48,396 bases of DNA, taken from assembly GCA_039679815.1 (NCBI GenBank), contig JBDKUG010000239.1, positions 1 through 48,396 of the forward strand, in the 5' to 3' direction. Origin of the DNA: Smithella sp. (GTDB taxonomy: Bacteria; Desulfobacterota; Syntrophia; Syntrophales; Smithellaceae). A model generated the notes under the pieces. That model searched no databases. It was not told the DNA's origin and saw only the letters and a program-made list of their open reading frames with translations. Positions 19,060-28,813 of this stretch are shown piece after piece. Position 1 is the stretch's first letter. Every line of letters begins with the position of its first letter. A program made the position numbers and the translations under genes.

Positions 19060-21117
19060 ATGTCCGACAATAACGGGTTACAAACAAAGTGTGTTGACAC
19101 AATACGGTTTTTAGCCGCGGACGCCATCGAAAAAGCAAAGTCCGGACATCCGGGAATGCCGATGGGAGCGGCTGCCGCGGCTTTCACTTTATGGACGAAA
19201 CATCTCAAGCATAATCCTAAAAATCCCCAATGGCCGGATCGCGACCGGTTTGTTCTGTCATCAGGTCATGCCTCCATGCTTTTGTATGCTCTTCTGCATT
19301 TGACGGGATATGATCTTTCGCTTGACGATATCAGAAATTTCCGCCAGTGGGGCAGCCGTACACCCGGGCACCCTGAATACAGGCATACGGCGGGTGTGGA
19401 AGTGACCACAGGTCCCCTGGGACAGGGATTGGCCAATGCTGTCGGCATGGCCATTGCCGAGGCGCACCTCGCGGCGCGGTTCAACCGCGAAGGACAGACG
19501 GTTATCGATCACTATACCTATGTCATGGCCGGGGATGGTGACATGATGGAAGGTGTGTCCGCGGAAGCCTGCGCGCTGGCCGGCCATCTGCGTCTGGGAA
19601 AACTCATTGTCCTTTATGATGACAACAAAGTGTCCCTGGCCGGTTCCACGGGACTGTGCTTTACCGAAAACATCGAAATGCGTTTCAAGTCTTACGGCTG
19701 GCAGGTGCAGAAAGTTCAGGATGGCAATGATGTGGCCGCCATCGACCGGGCCATTAAAAAGGCTAAAAAAGAAAACGGCAAACCTTCGTTGATCTGTGTG
19801 CAGACCACCATTGGTTATGGCGCACCCGGCAAACAGGGACGCTGTGATGCCCACGGTTCACCGCTGGGGGCTGAAGAACTCAAGGCAGCAAAGGAAGCGT
19901 GTATCTGGCCGGTCAATGCATCCTTTCACGTATCTGATGAGGTCAGCAGGTATTTCCGCAGAGCGGTCTCCCGCGGCCAAAGAAGTGAAAAAGTCTGGCT
20001 TGAATTAATTGCGGCCTGCCGGCAAAAGGACGCGGCTTGGGCTGATGAAATCGAAAGAACACTATCCGGCGAACTGCCGTTGAGCTGGGACGTGTCGCTT
20101 GCTGAATTTCCTGCAGGATCCAACGATGTCGCCACCCGTAAAGCCTCGGAGATTGTCATGCAGTCCATTGCGGCAAACGTTCCTGAACTTGCCGGCGGAT
20201 CGGCTGATCTGAATCCTTCTACATTCACCTGGCTAAAGGGTCTGGGTGATTTCCAGAACCCGGATCAACCCCGCGAGGGTCTCCACGGCATGGTGGGCGG
20301 GGCCTGGGACTATTCCGGACGAAACATCCATTTTGGCGTGCGTGAACACGCGATGGGAGCCATTGCCGTCGGAATGGCGCTGCATGGTGGAATGATCCCC
20401 TACACGGCAACTTTTTTGACCTTTGCCGACTATATGCGTCCACCCATGCGGCTGGCTGCTCTGATGGGACTGCGCGTCATTTTTGTTTTCACACACGACA
20501 GCATCGGTGTGGGTGAGGACGGACCGACGCATCAACCTGTTGAACAGATCATGAGTTTGCGTCAAATCCCCAATATGACCGTTTTGCGTCCGGCGGATGC
20601 CAATGAAACCCTCGAAGCCTGGCGCCTTGCGCTCACCAACACAGAAGGCCCAACCACGCTGGTTTTCAGCCGGCAGAATTTGCCGGTTTTGGATCGTTCT
20701 GTTTGTGCTCCTGCATCCGGTGTGCGCCGGGGCGGGTATATTTTATGGGAGTCGTCAACGAATCCGGAGTTGATCCTGATTGCCACAGGTTCGGAAGTTG
20801 TCATGACGCTTTCGGCAGCCCGCACGCTTGCCGAAGAGGGCGTGAGGGTTCGTGTGATATCGCTTCCCAGCTGGGAAATATTCGACCGTCAACCTGCGGC
20901 ATACCGCGATTCCGTAATGCCCCCGAACGTAGCCGCCAGGCTTGCCGTGGAAGCCGGCATCAAGCTGGGCTGGGAGCATTATACAGGACTTACAGGTAAA
21001 ATCGTCGGAATGGATACCTTCGGAGCGTCCGCTCCGGGGCCGGTGCTTTATGAGAAGTTTGGCTTTACGTCCGCCAATATCGTCGCGGCAGCAAGAGAAA
21101 TGCTGCCTGTTCGTTAA
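19060..21117 (+). CDS. tkt: Transketolase
   Basis: 685 aa. SGHPGMPMG, the GDGDMMEG ThDP-binding motif and [25 protein letters not shown]. Confidence 0.96.
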   Translation: MSDNNGLQTKCVDTIRFLAADAIEKAKSGHPGMPMGAAAAAFTLWTKHLKHNPKNPQWPDRDRFVLSSGHASMLLYALLHLTGYDLSLDDIRNFRQWGSRTPGHPEYRHTAGVEVTTGPLGQGLANAVGMAIAEAHLAARFNREGQTVIDHYTYVMAGDGDMMEGVSAEACALAGHLRLGKLIVLYDDNKVSLAGSTGLCFTENIEMRFKSYGWQVQKVQDGNDVAAIDRAIKKAKKENGKPSLICVQTTIGYGAPGKQGRCDAHGSPLGAEELKAAKEACIWPVNASFHVSDEVSRYFRRAVSRGQRSEKVWLELIAACRQKDAAWADEIERTLSGELPLSWDVSLAEFPAGSNDVATRKASEIVMQSIAANVPELAGGSADLNPSTFTWLKGLGDFQNPDQPREGLHGMVGGAWDYSGRNIHFGVREHAMGAIAVGMALHGGMIPYTATFLTFADYMRPPMRLAALMGLRVIFVFTHDSIGVGEDGPTHQPVEQIMSLRQIPNMTVLRPADANETLEAWRLALTNTEGPTTLVFSRQNLPVLDRSVCAPASGVRRGGYILWESSTNPELILIATGSEVVMTLSAARTLAEEGVRVRVISLPSWEIFDRQPAAYRDSVMPPNVAARLAVEAGIKLGWEHYTGLTGKIVGMDTFGASAPGPVLYEKFGFTSANIVAAAREMLPVR

Positions 21118-21131
21118 AGAAGGAGAACGTC

Positions 21132-22838
21132 ATGGAGACGGCGGGCGTTTCTTTTTTACTCGGTTCCCATCAAAGCGCTGTAACAAATGCAGTAGAAAAA
21201 ATGAGGCGCAGCAATATTGCCGCGCGAATCTGGGCAAACGATTTTCATGTCTGGAAACCATCGCCGCAGGAGATTTCCAACCGGCTGGGCTGGCTGCATG
21301 CCCCGCTGGAAACGTCCGCAAATGTCAAAAGCATCCGTGCTTCTCTTGAGCCATTTACCAATGGCAGCGTTGAAGATGTTGTCCTGCTGGGCATGGGCGG
21401 ATCAAGCCTGTCGGCGGAGGTATTCAATAACATATTCGGAAGTGCACCGGGTTTTCCAAGGTTGCAAATTCTGGACACAACCGATCCGCTAATTATTTAT
21501 GGCGTAGCCGAAAAACTCAACCTGGCAAAAACGCTGTTTATTGTTTCATCGAAATCGGGATCGACCCTGGAAATTATATCTCTTTTTCATTATTTCTATA
21601 ATTTAACTGCAGAAAAACCGGGAGTGTCGGCCAACGAACATTTCATGTTTATCACCGATGAGGGAAGTCCGATGCTCGAGCAGGCCTGGCAGCTGCAGCT
21701 TCCGTGCGTCTTTTCCAACAATCCCAATATCGGCGGCCGTTATTCGGCGCTTTCCCTGGCGGGCATGATCCCCGCGGCGTTGATCGGTGTTCAGATCGAA
21801 AAACTTCTGCAAAATGCCGTGGCCGTGGCAAGTCAGGAAAAAGCGGATTTCTTTTCCGGTAAAGGCGACTCGACAGGCTGTCTTTTAGGCGCCGCTCTGG
21901 GAACACTGGCGCAGTATGGCCGCGACAAGCTCACCCTGTTGCTTCCCCCTTCATGGAAACCATTTGGTGACTGGTTGGAGCAACTGATCGCAGAAAGTAC
22001 CGGTAAAGAGGGCAAAGGGATTCTTCCGGTTTTGAACGAACCGCTGATGGACGTAAGCGCCTATGGGAAAGACCGCGTCTTTGTTATTTTTAATCATAAC
22101 GAGGACGAATGGGGTTCCTTGATAAACCATCTGGCAAGTGCCGGACATCCCGTTTTGAAAATTCGGATTAACGGTTTTTATGATCTGGGTGGCCAGATGT
22201 TTCTGTGGGAAATGGCAACGGCTGTCGCCGCTCACGTCATGGGCATCAACCCGTTTGATCAGCCGGATGTGGAGGCGACCAAAAAGCACACGAAACGAAT
22301 GATTGCGCAATACAAAAGCGATCAGACGTGGCCGGAGGCGCAGCCGTCTCTGACCGAAGGCGACTGTGAAATTTATGGGAAAATTGCCGGATCAAACGTC
22401 TCCGCTGCTGTGACAAATTTTCTTTCATCATCGCCGCAAAATGCTTATGTGGGGCTGCAGGTTTATTTGAGCCCGTCACCGGAAATCAATAAAGCGCTGG
22501 ACGCGCTGAGGGCGGCAATTTCACGTAAGTACGGGATTGCGGTAACCGTAGGCTACGGACCACGCTATCTGCATTCGACCGGTCAACTGCATAAGGGCGA
22601 TGCCGGCCGCGGCATGTTTATTCAACTGACCGGTGCAAACAAGCTTGATGTTGAGATCCCTGATTCTCTTTGCCAGCGGGGCTCCTCACTGACGTTTGGC
22701 CAGCTCAAAGCCGCGCAGGGTGAAGCGGACAGGCTTGCTTTGATGGATAAGGGCCGAAAGATTATCCGAATCCACTGGACAAAAGATGCAGCTGCCGGAT
22801 TGAAAAATCTTGTTTCTTTCATCAACGTACTTCCGTGA
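21132..22838 (+). CDS. pgi: Glucose-6-phosphate isomerase (PGI/SIS family)
   Basis: 568 aa. Motifs GMGGSSL, the FIVSSKSGSTLE phosphate-binding motif and GGRYSALS. It lies immediately after tkt. GAAGGAG RBS. Confidence 0.85.
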   Translation: METAGVSFLLGSHQSAVTNAVEKMRRSNIAARIWANDFHVWKPSPQEISNRLGWLHAPLETSANVKSIRASLEPFTNGSVEDVVLLGMGGSSLSAEVFNNIFGSAPGFPRLQILDTTDPLIIYGVAEKLNLAKTLFIVSSKSGSTLEIISLFHYFYNLTAEKPGVSANEHFMFITDEGSPMLEQAWQLQLPCVFSNNPNIGGRYSALSLAGMIPAALIGVQIEKLLQNAVAVASQEKADFFSGKGDSTGCLLGAALGTLAQYGRDKLTLLLPPSWKPFGDWLEQLIAESTGKEGKGILPVLNEPLMDVSAYGKDRVFVIFNHNEDEWGSLINHLASAGHPVLKIRINGFYDLGGQMFLWEMATAVAAHVMGINPFDQPDVEATKKHTKRMIAQYKSDQTWPEAQPSLTEGDCEIYGKIAGSNVSAAVTNFLSSSPQNAYVGLQVYLSPSPEINKALDALRAAISRKYGIAVTVGYGPRYLHSTGQLHKGDAGRGMFIQLTGANKLDVEIPDSLCQRGSSLTFGQLKAAQGEADRLALMDKGRKIIRIHWTKDAAAGLKNLVSFINVLP

Positions 22839-23400
22839 TCACGCGGAGAATTTCCGGTGCGTGCCGATCAGGTGGAGCGGGTATAACCTTGGGGTAGCCC
22901 AGAATGATCGGCGCCACAATCCGGTAATTGTCGGAAAGCCCCAGCTCAGCCCTTAATTGGGGATCACGAATATTTGCACCCAGCGCCACCCAGCAGGTGC
23001 CCATTCCACGGGCCGCCGCCGAAAACATGATGTAGCTTGCCGCAAGCGCCGCATCCACGTCCAGAGAACCAACCGACTTTGCCCCGGTAATGTAAATCAG
23101 GCAGGGAGCATTGTAAAACACATTAAAATTATCACTTTGAAGCAGAGAGACATAGTCAGTCTTGAGGCTGATTTTCTTATCGTTGTGATCCTGAAGAAGA
23201 TTGGCCTTGCTCTCGTTTGACAGATCCCTGATGGCCTTTCGGCATTGCACCACGACAAACCGGCAGGGCTGATTGTTGCTGGCGGACGGCGCCAGCGTGG
23301 ATTCCTGAAGAATATCATCAACAACCTTCATGGGAACTTCTTTGTCCTCGAAATCCCGGATAGCCCGTCTTTTCTGCAAAAGCTCGGAAAATTTCATCAT
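22822..23400 (-). CDS. Nitroreductase family protein
   Basis: 192 aa. Has the RRAIRDF N-terminal FMN-binding motif and APSASNNQPCRFVV. Its 3' end overlaps the pgi 3' end by 17 nt (convergent). Confidence 0.85.
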   Translation of the reverse strand: MMKFSELLQKRRAIRDFEDKEVPMKVVDDILQESTLAPSASNNQPCRFVVVQCRKAIRDLSNESKANLLQDHNDKKISLKTDYVSLLQSDNFNVFYNAPCLIYITGAKSVGSLDVDAALAASYIMFSAAARGMGTCWVALGANIRDPQLRAELGLSDNYRIVAPIILGYPKVIPAPPDRHAPEILRVITEVR

Positions 23401-23425
23401 GGTCGTTTCTCCTTTCCTTTATCTA

Positions 23426-24055
23426 TCAAGGTAAAAAAATAGATATTATTGATATAATAGCTGACTGGAACATATTGATGACAGGTGTGAGCACGCCTGT
23501 AAGCAAAAGACCCAGCACAACAAAAAAACCAAAAGGTTCGATTTGATACAGTACGCGGTTGAACGACTCTGGCGTGAAACCCATCAGAATTTTCGATCCG
23601 TCCAGCGGCGGAATAGGGATCAGATTGAAAGCCGCCAGCAGAATGTTGATATAGGCCAGCAAATAAAGCACCTGATACATCATGCTGTCCGGTGCGGGCG
23701 ACATCAGCCGCCACACCAACAGGGCGCAAAAGGCGATAATGATATTGGCTGTAACACCGGCCGCTGACACCAGAATCAGACCCTTGCGCCTTTGTGCGGC
23801 GGGAATGTTTTCCAGGTTGATCGGGACCGGTTTGGCCCACCCGAAACCGATCACCAAAAGCATCAGCGAACCGATGGGGTCTATGTGTTTGATAGGATTG
23901 AGCGTCAGCCTGCCCAGCCATTTGGCCGTTTCGTCACCCATTTTATAAGCCACCCAGCCGTGTGCCACTTCATGAAAAATAACGGAATATAAAAGAAGCA
24001 CGGCAAGCATCATGAATGCTGCCGGATCACTCAACAATAAACGGATTAAACCCAT
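23426..24055 (-). CDS. Site-2 protease (M50) family membrane metalloprotease
   Basis: 209 aa with 5-6 TM helices. HEVAHG zinc motif in TM1 and NLIPIPPLDG (LDG motif) near the C-terminal half. Confidence 0.85.
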   Translation of the reverse strand: MGLIRLLLSDPAAFMMLAVLLLYSVIFHEVAHGWVAYKMGDETAKWLGRLTLNPIKHIDPIGSLMLLVIGFGWAKPVPINLENIPAAQRRKGLILVSAAGVTANIIIAFCALLVWRLMSPAPDSMMYQVLYLLAYINILLAAFNLIPIPPLDGSKILMGFTPESFNRVLYQIEPFGFFVVLGLLLTGVLTPVINMFQSAIISIISIFLP

Positions 24056-24317
24056 AACAGTTTATGACCATCTCTTTCCTGAGCCTGGGGAAAAGCTTCA
24101 GATCATTACGAAGGATTTTAACATTCTGCAGGCATCATCATGGTACAGGATTGTTCCCTGCCGCTTCCGGCATCCTGATTGCCCGATTCGTCGATGTCAG
24201 CAGCATTATTTCCATTGTTTGATTCAAGAGTTCTGTGCCAACAGAGTCATGCTGCCGCAAACCATTAAAAATCCCCGCCGTTGGCTGTGAATAAGTTTTC
24301 CAAGCTTGACCTATATT

Positions 24318-25499
24318 TCATTCACGTGATTTTTTCTTTTTCGCTTTTTTCAGCAGATCCCCGAACGTGCCCATGGTTTTGGGTGATTTGGGCATGAATT
24401 TCTGATAGTCGTCCCCTTCTTCCGCCGTGGATTTTTTCTCGTCGCCGTTTGACGCTAGGTCCAGCGATATTTTCTTGTTGTCCCGGTCAATTTTTTCGAT
24501 CTTCACATCGATTTCCCGGTCCCGGGACAAAACATCCTGGGCGTGTTTGATTTTTTTCCCCTTGCCCAACTTGGAGATATGCAGCAGTCCGTCAACGCCG
24601 GCTTCCAGCGTGATAAACGCGCCGAAGTCCGTCAGACGGGACACTTTGCCCCTGTAAATGCTGCCCTCGATGTAATTGCGGACAACCTCATCCCACGGAT
24701 CGGGGAGTGTATCCTTGAAGGATAATGTTATGCGGTCGTTTTCCCAGTCCAGATTGATGATAATGGCTTCAACGGTATCGCCCGCTTTGTAGAGAGCCTG
24801 GGTGTTTTCCACCCTGCCCCAGGTCATTTCCGAAACAGGCAGCAGCGCCTGTATGCCGCCGATATCGACAAAGGCACCGAAGTCGCGCACCGAGGTCACG
24901 ATGCCGTGCACGGTCATTCCTTTCTGCAGAGACAGTTTTAGTTTGGCGATTCTTTCCTGATCAATTTTTTCCAGTAGCGGTCGCCGCGATAATATAATCT
25001 TCCGGCCGTTTTCCCCATACTCTATGACGATGAACTCCAGCTTTTTACCGATATAATCCGTGGCATTTTCGATCCTTCGCCTGTCCATTTGAGAATAGGG
25101 ACAAAAGCCGCTTGTGTTTTCGCTGATTTTAACTGAAAAACCGCCTTTAATTTCCTTCTCGACGACGGCTTCCACTGGAATCGCGTTTTGATAGGCGTTG
25201 ACCAGAAAATCATCTACACTTTTACGCGACGTCAGTTTGGTGGTAAAGAGTCTTTCACTGTGACGCGAGGAGAGGAAGTAGGCGGTGACTGTATCCCCTT
25301 CCCGAACGGTCAGATTGCCCGCCTCGTCCAGGAATTCTTTTTTATCTATATAGCCCTCGCTTTTTGCGCCCAGATCAATGAAAATCCACTCCGGGGAAAT
25401 TTTGACAATTGTTGCCTCGACCTTTTCTCCCACAGAAAAACGTTTGGGGGTGGCGTAGGATTCCTCAAACAGTTCGGCAAAAGTTTTTGTATCGTCCAT
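24318..25499 (-). CDS. S1 RNA-binding domain protein (ribosomal protein S1-like, about 4 S1 repeats, Lys-rich tail)
   Basis: 393 aa. Repeated S1/OB motifs (G.V....V..I...G.FVD/I.LG...G....SE/ISK). C-terminal KKAKKKKSRE tail. Shorter than a canonical 6-domain RpsA. Confidence 0.8.
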   Translation of the reverse strand: MDDTKTFAELFEESYATPKRFSVGEKVEATIVKISPEWIFIDLGAKSEGYIDKKEFLDEAGNLTVREGDTVTAYFLSSRHSERLFTTKLTSRKSVDDFLVNAYQNAIPVEAVVEKEIKGGFSVKISENTSGFCPYSQMDRRRIENATDYIGKKLEFIVIEYGENGRKIILSRRPLLEKIDQERIAKLKLSLQKGMTVHGIVTSVRDFGAFVDIGGIQALLPVSEMTWGRVENTQALYKAGDTVEAIIINLDWENDRITLSFKDTLPDPWDEVVRNYIEGSIYRGKVSRLTDFGAFITLEAGVDGLLHISKLGKGKKIKHAQDVLSRDREIDVKIEKIDRDNKKISLDLASNGDEKKSTAEEGDDYQKFMPKSPKTMGTFGDLLKKAKKKKSRE

Positions 25500-25763
25500 G
25501 GTCTGTGTTCCTTTATTGTTTTTTATTTATGAGACTTCTTTTTTGCAAGCCGGAGGAATCAGGGAAGAGTGCTTCATTGCAAGGCATTCCTGCCTCATAA
25601 ATAGTGCTTTTCCAGTCTCTTTTATATAAATATCACGAAAAGGATTTTTTTTCCTTTATAAAATGATTGGGGGTCAGATAATCATTTTTTTAAAAAACTC
25701 TGGATTAATCAGAAAATATGTATTATGCATCAATATCCAAATATCCAAGGAGTTAGGTAACTT

Positions 25764-27071
25764 ATGCGATTTGAAATTTCCCGCGGCGGCAGCGGGCTTA
25801 CTTATGAAATCCGCAATCTTGTACCTATTGCCAAGAAGCTGCAGGAACTTGGCGGCAAGAAAGTCATTTGGGAAAACATTGGCGATCCGGTTCAAAAGGG
25901 TGAAAAAATTCCAGACTGGATGAAAGAAGTCCTGATTGATGTTCTCAAGGAAGATATCTCGTATGCCTATTCGCCGACCAAAGGGGTGGATGCCACGCGT
26001 GTTTTCCTGGCCGAGCGTGTAAATGCCCGGGGGAAAATTCAAATATCACCCGAAGACATCATTTTCTTCAACGGTCTGGGTGATGCGATTGCCAGAGCCT
26101 ACAGTTCCATTCAGGTAGATGCGCGCATGATTATGCCGGAGCCGACTTATTCCACACACTTCATGGCGGAAGTGCTTCATGCGTCATTTCCACCCAACAC
26201 CTACAGGATGAATCCTTATAACAACTGGCATCCGGACCTGAGGGAGCTGGAACAGAAAGTCAGAAGTCACCGGGCGATTGTCGGAATACTGATTATCAAT
26301 CCCGACAATCCGACAGGTTTTGTGTATACGCACGAGGCGCTGGAGAATATTGTCCGGATTGCCAGGGAAAATGATCTGTTCATCATATCGGATGAAACGT
26401 ACATCAATATAGTCTATAACGGCAAAACGACGATTCCGATCGGTGACATTATCGGCGATGTGCCGGCCATTGCCATGAAGGGCATTTCCAAAGAAGCCCC
26501 CTGGCCCGGCGCGCGCTGCGGCTGGATGGAAGTGTATAATGCGGACAAGGATCCGATATTCAACCGCTTCATTAATACGATTTTGCATCAGAAAATGTCT
26601 GAAGTATGTTCGACCACGCTTCCGCAAATGGCTATTCCGAGGATCATGACGCATCCTGAGTATAAAAATTATTTGCGTGAGCGCACGCAGCATTACGAAA
26701 AGCTTTCGACAATCGCCTATGGTATTTTAAAGGATGTTCCCTTTGTGATTGCCAATAAAACTAATGGTGCATTTTATTCCACGATCATCTTTAATGAGTC
26801 GGTGCTAAATGACCGACAAACCCTGCCGATTGACCAGCCGGAGATTAAAAAGTATGTGGAAGAACTGACGAAAGGTTCCATCGAATACGACAAACGATTT
26901 GTATATTATCTGCTCGCGGCCACAGGCATTTGCGTTGTGCCGTTGACGTCGTTTTTCACGCCGCTTCTGGGTTTTCGCATGACGCTCCTGGACAAGGATG
27001 TCGATGAATTTGAATACGTCGTCAAAACGATCGCGGAGAAGGTTACGGAGTATATTAATTCAAGCAAATAA
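25764..27071 (+). CDS. PLP-dependent aminotransferase, class I/II (alanine/aspartate aminotransferase-like)
   Basis: 435 aa. Has NPDNPTG, a DETY-type motif (SDETYINIVY) and the Lys region SKEAPWPGARCGW. AAGGAG RBS. Confidence 0.82.
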   Translation: MRFEISRGGSGLTYEIRNLVPIAKKLQELGGKKVIWENIGDPVQKGEKIPDWMKEVLIDVLKEDISYAYSPTKGVDATRVFLAERVNARGKIQISPEDIIFFNGLGDAIARAYSSIQVDARMIMPEPTYSTHFMAEVLHASFPPNTYRMNPYNNWHPDLRELEQKVRSHRAIVGILIINPDNPTGFVYTHEALENIVRIARENDLFIISDETYINIVYNGKTTIPIGDIIGDVPAIAMKGISKEAPWPGARCGWMEVYNADKDPIFNRFINTILHQKMSEVCSTTLPQMAIPRIMTHPEYKNYLRERTQHYEKLSTIAYGILKDVPFVIANKTNGAFYSTIIFNESVLNDRQTLPIDQPEIKKYVEELTKGSIEYDKRFVYYLLAATGICVVPLTSFFTPLLGFRMTLLDKDVDEFEYVVKTIAEKVTEYINSSK

Positions 27072-27075
27072 ACAA

Positions 27076-27114
27076 AAAGAGCAGAAGGTTTTTCGATGCA
27101 ACCTTCTGCTCTTT
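27076..27114. terminator. Bidirectional rho-independent terminator between convergent aminotransferase and RRM genes
   Basis: 15-bp stem aaagagcagaaggtt (27076-27090) pairs with aaccttctgctcttt (27100-27114). The A-rich and T-rich ends serve both strands. Confidence 0.85.
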
Positions 27115-27142
27115 TTCAGTTAAATCCAATTTTAAGCGGATG

Positions 27143-27496
27143 CTAGTATCTGCTGCCGCGATTTCCGCCGCCACCGCCGCGATTTCCGCCGCCACGGTAT
27201 CCACCGCCGCCACCGCCGCGATTTCCGCCGCCGCCTGCGCCGAATTCCTTCTTCGGTCTGGCTTCGTTCACGGTAATGGCCTTACCGTCCAGCATGCCAC
27301 CGTTAAACTTCTGAATGGCTGCGGTGGCGCCTTCTTCTGTTTTCATTTCGACAAAACCGAATCCTTTGGACTGGCCGGTGAATTTGTCTTTAATAATGGA
27401 TGCGGAGGCGACTTCTCCCGCTTCCGAAAAGTTTGTCCTGAGGTCTTCATCCGTGACCTTGAAAGACAGGTTGCCGACATACAAATTCTTGTTCAT
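27143..27496 (-). CDS. RRM-type RNA-binding protein with Gly/Arg-rich (RGG) C-terminal tail
   Basis: 117 aa. RNP-2 LYVGNL and RNP-1 KGFGFVEM motifs. Tail is GGGGNRGGGGGGYRGGGNRGGGGGNRGSRY. Confidence 0.92.
   Translation of the reverse strand: MNKNLYVGNLSFKVTDEDLRTNFSEAGEVASASIIKDKFTGQSKGFGFVEMKTEEGATAAIQKFNGGMLDGKAITVNEARPKKEFGAGGGGNRGGGGGGYRGGGNRGGGGGNRGSRY
27156..27232. repeat. GC-rich in-frame direct repeats encoding the RGG tail
   Basis: The 17-mer ccgcgatttccgccgcc occurs three times, starting at 27156, 27177 and 27216. The spacings of 21 and 39 nt are both multiples of 3. Confidence 0.85.
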
Positions 27497-27716
27497 TTTC
27501 GTTCCCTTTCTCTTTATGCCAATTGTTTGGCATATGTTAAACCTTCATTCCCCCACGGGGTTACACAAAGCATCGTCATCACCCCCGTCCAGCTCCTGAT
27601 TGAGAAGGAAGGTTGAAGGGAGGGCTTGCATGCCTCACCTGCCGGGCAATGGTTTTCACCCGGTTTATCGATACCGCCTGTGACTTTCGATGGATCAATG
27701 TTTTCATCACAGTGCG

Positions 27717-27756
27717 GTAAACAAAAAACCACCTCAACAAAAAGCTGTTCAGGTGG
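27717..27756 (-). terminator. Intrinsic-terminator-like hairpin about 220-260 nt upstream of the RRM gene start (candidate leader attenuator or end of an unannotated minus-strand transcript)
   Basis: The minus strand reads CCACCTGAACA-gctttt-TGTTGAGGTGG followed by TTTTTTGTTT (11-bp stem with 1 mismatch). The U-tract exists only on the minus strand. No ORF lies upstream of it on that strand. Confidence 0.5.
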
Positions 27757-28096
27757 CTGCGTCTCAATTATTTAAAAGATGTTCAATTTTCTAAAAAATA
27801 GAACGCTCTATGTAATCTATATCACTTTCACAATAACGGTTATTAGTCAAGCGGGATTTTTTGTGCTGAAAATACCACTCAATGGTATGCTTTTATTACC
27901 TGGATTCTGAAGAGGGGCTACGTTTTATCTACTATATAAATCAAAGGTCTGTTTCCGGGCAGGCGAAATTTTGAAGCGATGCTTATTTACGATCATTCTG
28001 AATGAATAGCAACGATTATTATATTGATGAGAAAAATATAGGAATAAAATAGGAATAAAATACCTGATTATGAGATGGATGCCGCCAGTATTTTTG

Positions 28097-28253
28097 AACC
28101 CAGATTACGCAATAGAGAGATTTGTTGTTTCTTTGTGTCATTTCGAAGGAGCGTAGCGACAAGAAATCCTTATTATTCTATATCTTTAAGATTTCTCCCT
28201 TCGGTCGAAATGACAGGAGGAATGTCGTTTTTGTCTATTGCGTAATCTGGGTT
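28097..28253 (-). mobile_element. MITE-like palindromic repeat element, copy B (inverted relative to copy A)
   Basis: Same perfect 19-bp termini: aacccagattacgcaatag at 28097-28115 and ctattgcgtaatctgggtt at 28235-28253. The interior is the reverse complement of copy A with roughly 15 differences by eye (about 90% identity). Confidence 0.8.
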
Positions 28254-28436
28254 AAATGATAAACATATATGGCAACGAGGAGCTGTTTTGCATATGTTGC
28301 CGGTAGAACTATCTGATTTTACATATGTTGTTTTTCTTCATTTTCCTTAGGGCCAAAACCTTCTATTGCTGCAATATTAATCTAAATATTTCTTGACATG
28401 GGGGTCAGATTAAGGTAGTGGAGTCCACAAGGTTGT

Positions 28437-28478
28437 TTTGACTTGTAGTCAAATTTTGACTCTACGGCAAAAAAGTCA
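28437..28478. promoter_or_regulatory. Cluster of TGACT/AGTCA inverted and direct repeats (candidate operator)
   Basis: Perfect 7-3-7 palindrome tttgact-tgt-agtcaaa (28437-28453). A second tttgact at 28455-28461 is paired with agtca at 28474-28478. Further tgactca / tgacgtc motifs follow downstream at about 28500-28520. Confidence 0.3.
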
Positions 28479-28601
28479 GTAAGATTAATCATTTTCGATG
28501 ACTCAGAAAATGTGACGTCCCGGCTAAAAATTGTGTATCACGGGCAGGCCGTAAATGCTTCACGAAAAAGTAACGCAGGCGAACTTTATGGGCGCTTTGC
28601 G

Positions 28602-28688
28602 GCTTAAGGTTAAATAAATTTTTTTGCGTTCACTGGTGATGCACACCTCAACTCCAATGAGTATGCTTGCTCATTTATCACCTTAAGC
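28602..28688 (+). promoter_or_regulatory. Nested stem-loop structure in the acs upstream region (candidate structured 5' leader)
   Basis: Closing helix gcttaaggt (28602-28610) pairs with accttaagc (28680-28688), and is extended by ataaa (28614-18)/tttat (28674-78). It encloses hairpins ggtg-atgca-cacc and atgag-tatgcttg-ctcat. The downstream gcttaa at about 28714 could pair alternatively with the 3' arm. Confidence 0.3.
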
Positions 28689-28813
28689 ATGCCCGAATCG
28701 TCCGTGTTTGCAGGCTTAATCCCGGTTCATTTAAGGATATGTTGTCTTAATGGCGAAACGTTAATCAGACGTTTGAAAATATAAAACTTTAAAAACTAGG
28801 AGGAATATTTAAC

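Noticed and set aside
25671-25683. Shared 12-13-mer tgggggtcagat at about 25671 and about 28396
   Set aside because: Dozens of exact 12-mer coincidences are expected by chance in 48 kb. The flanks show no similarity.
27140-27616. 158-aa plus-strand ORF with poly-Ala/Thr N-terminus
   Set aside because: It is the antisense reading of the GC-rich RGG-tail repeats of the RRM gene. The minus-strand RRM protein has textbook RNP-1 and RNP-2 motifs.
28393-28421. Perfect TTGACA as an acs promoter -35
   Set aside because: The hexamers 16-18 nt downstream (gtagtg/tagtgg) are very poor -10 elements, so I do not call a promoter. It may still belong to the TGAC-motif cluster.
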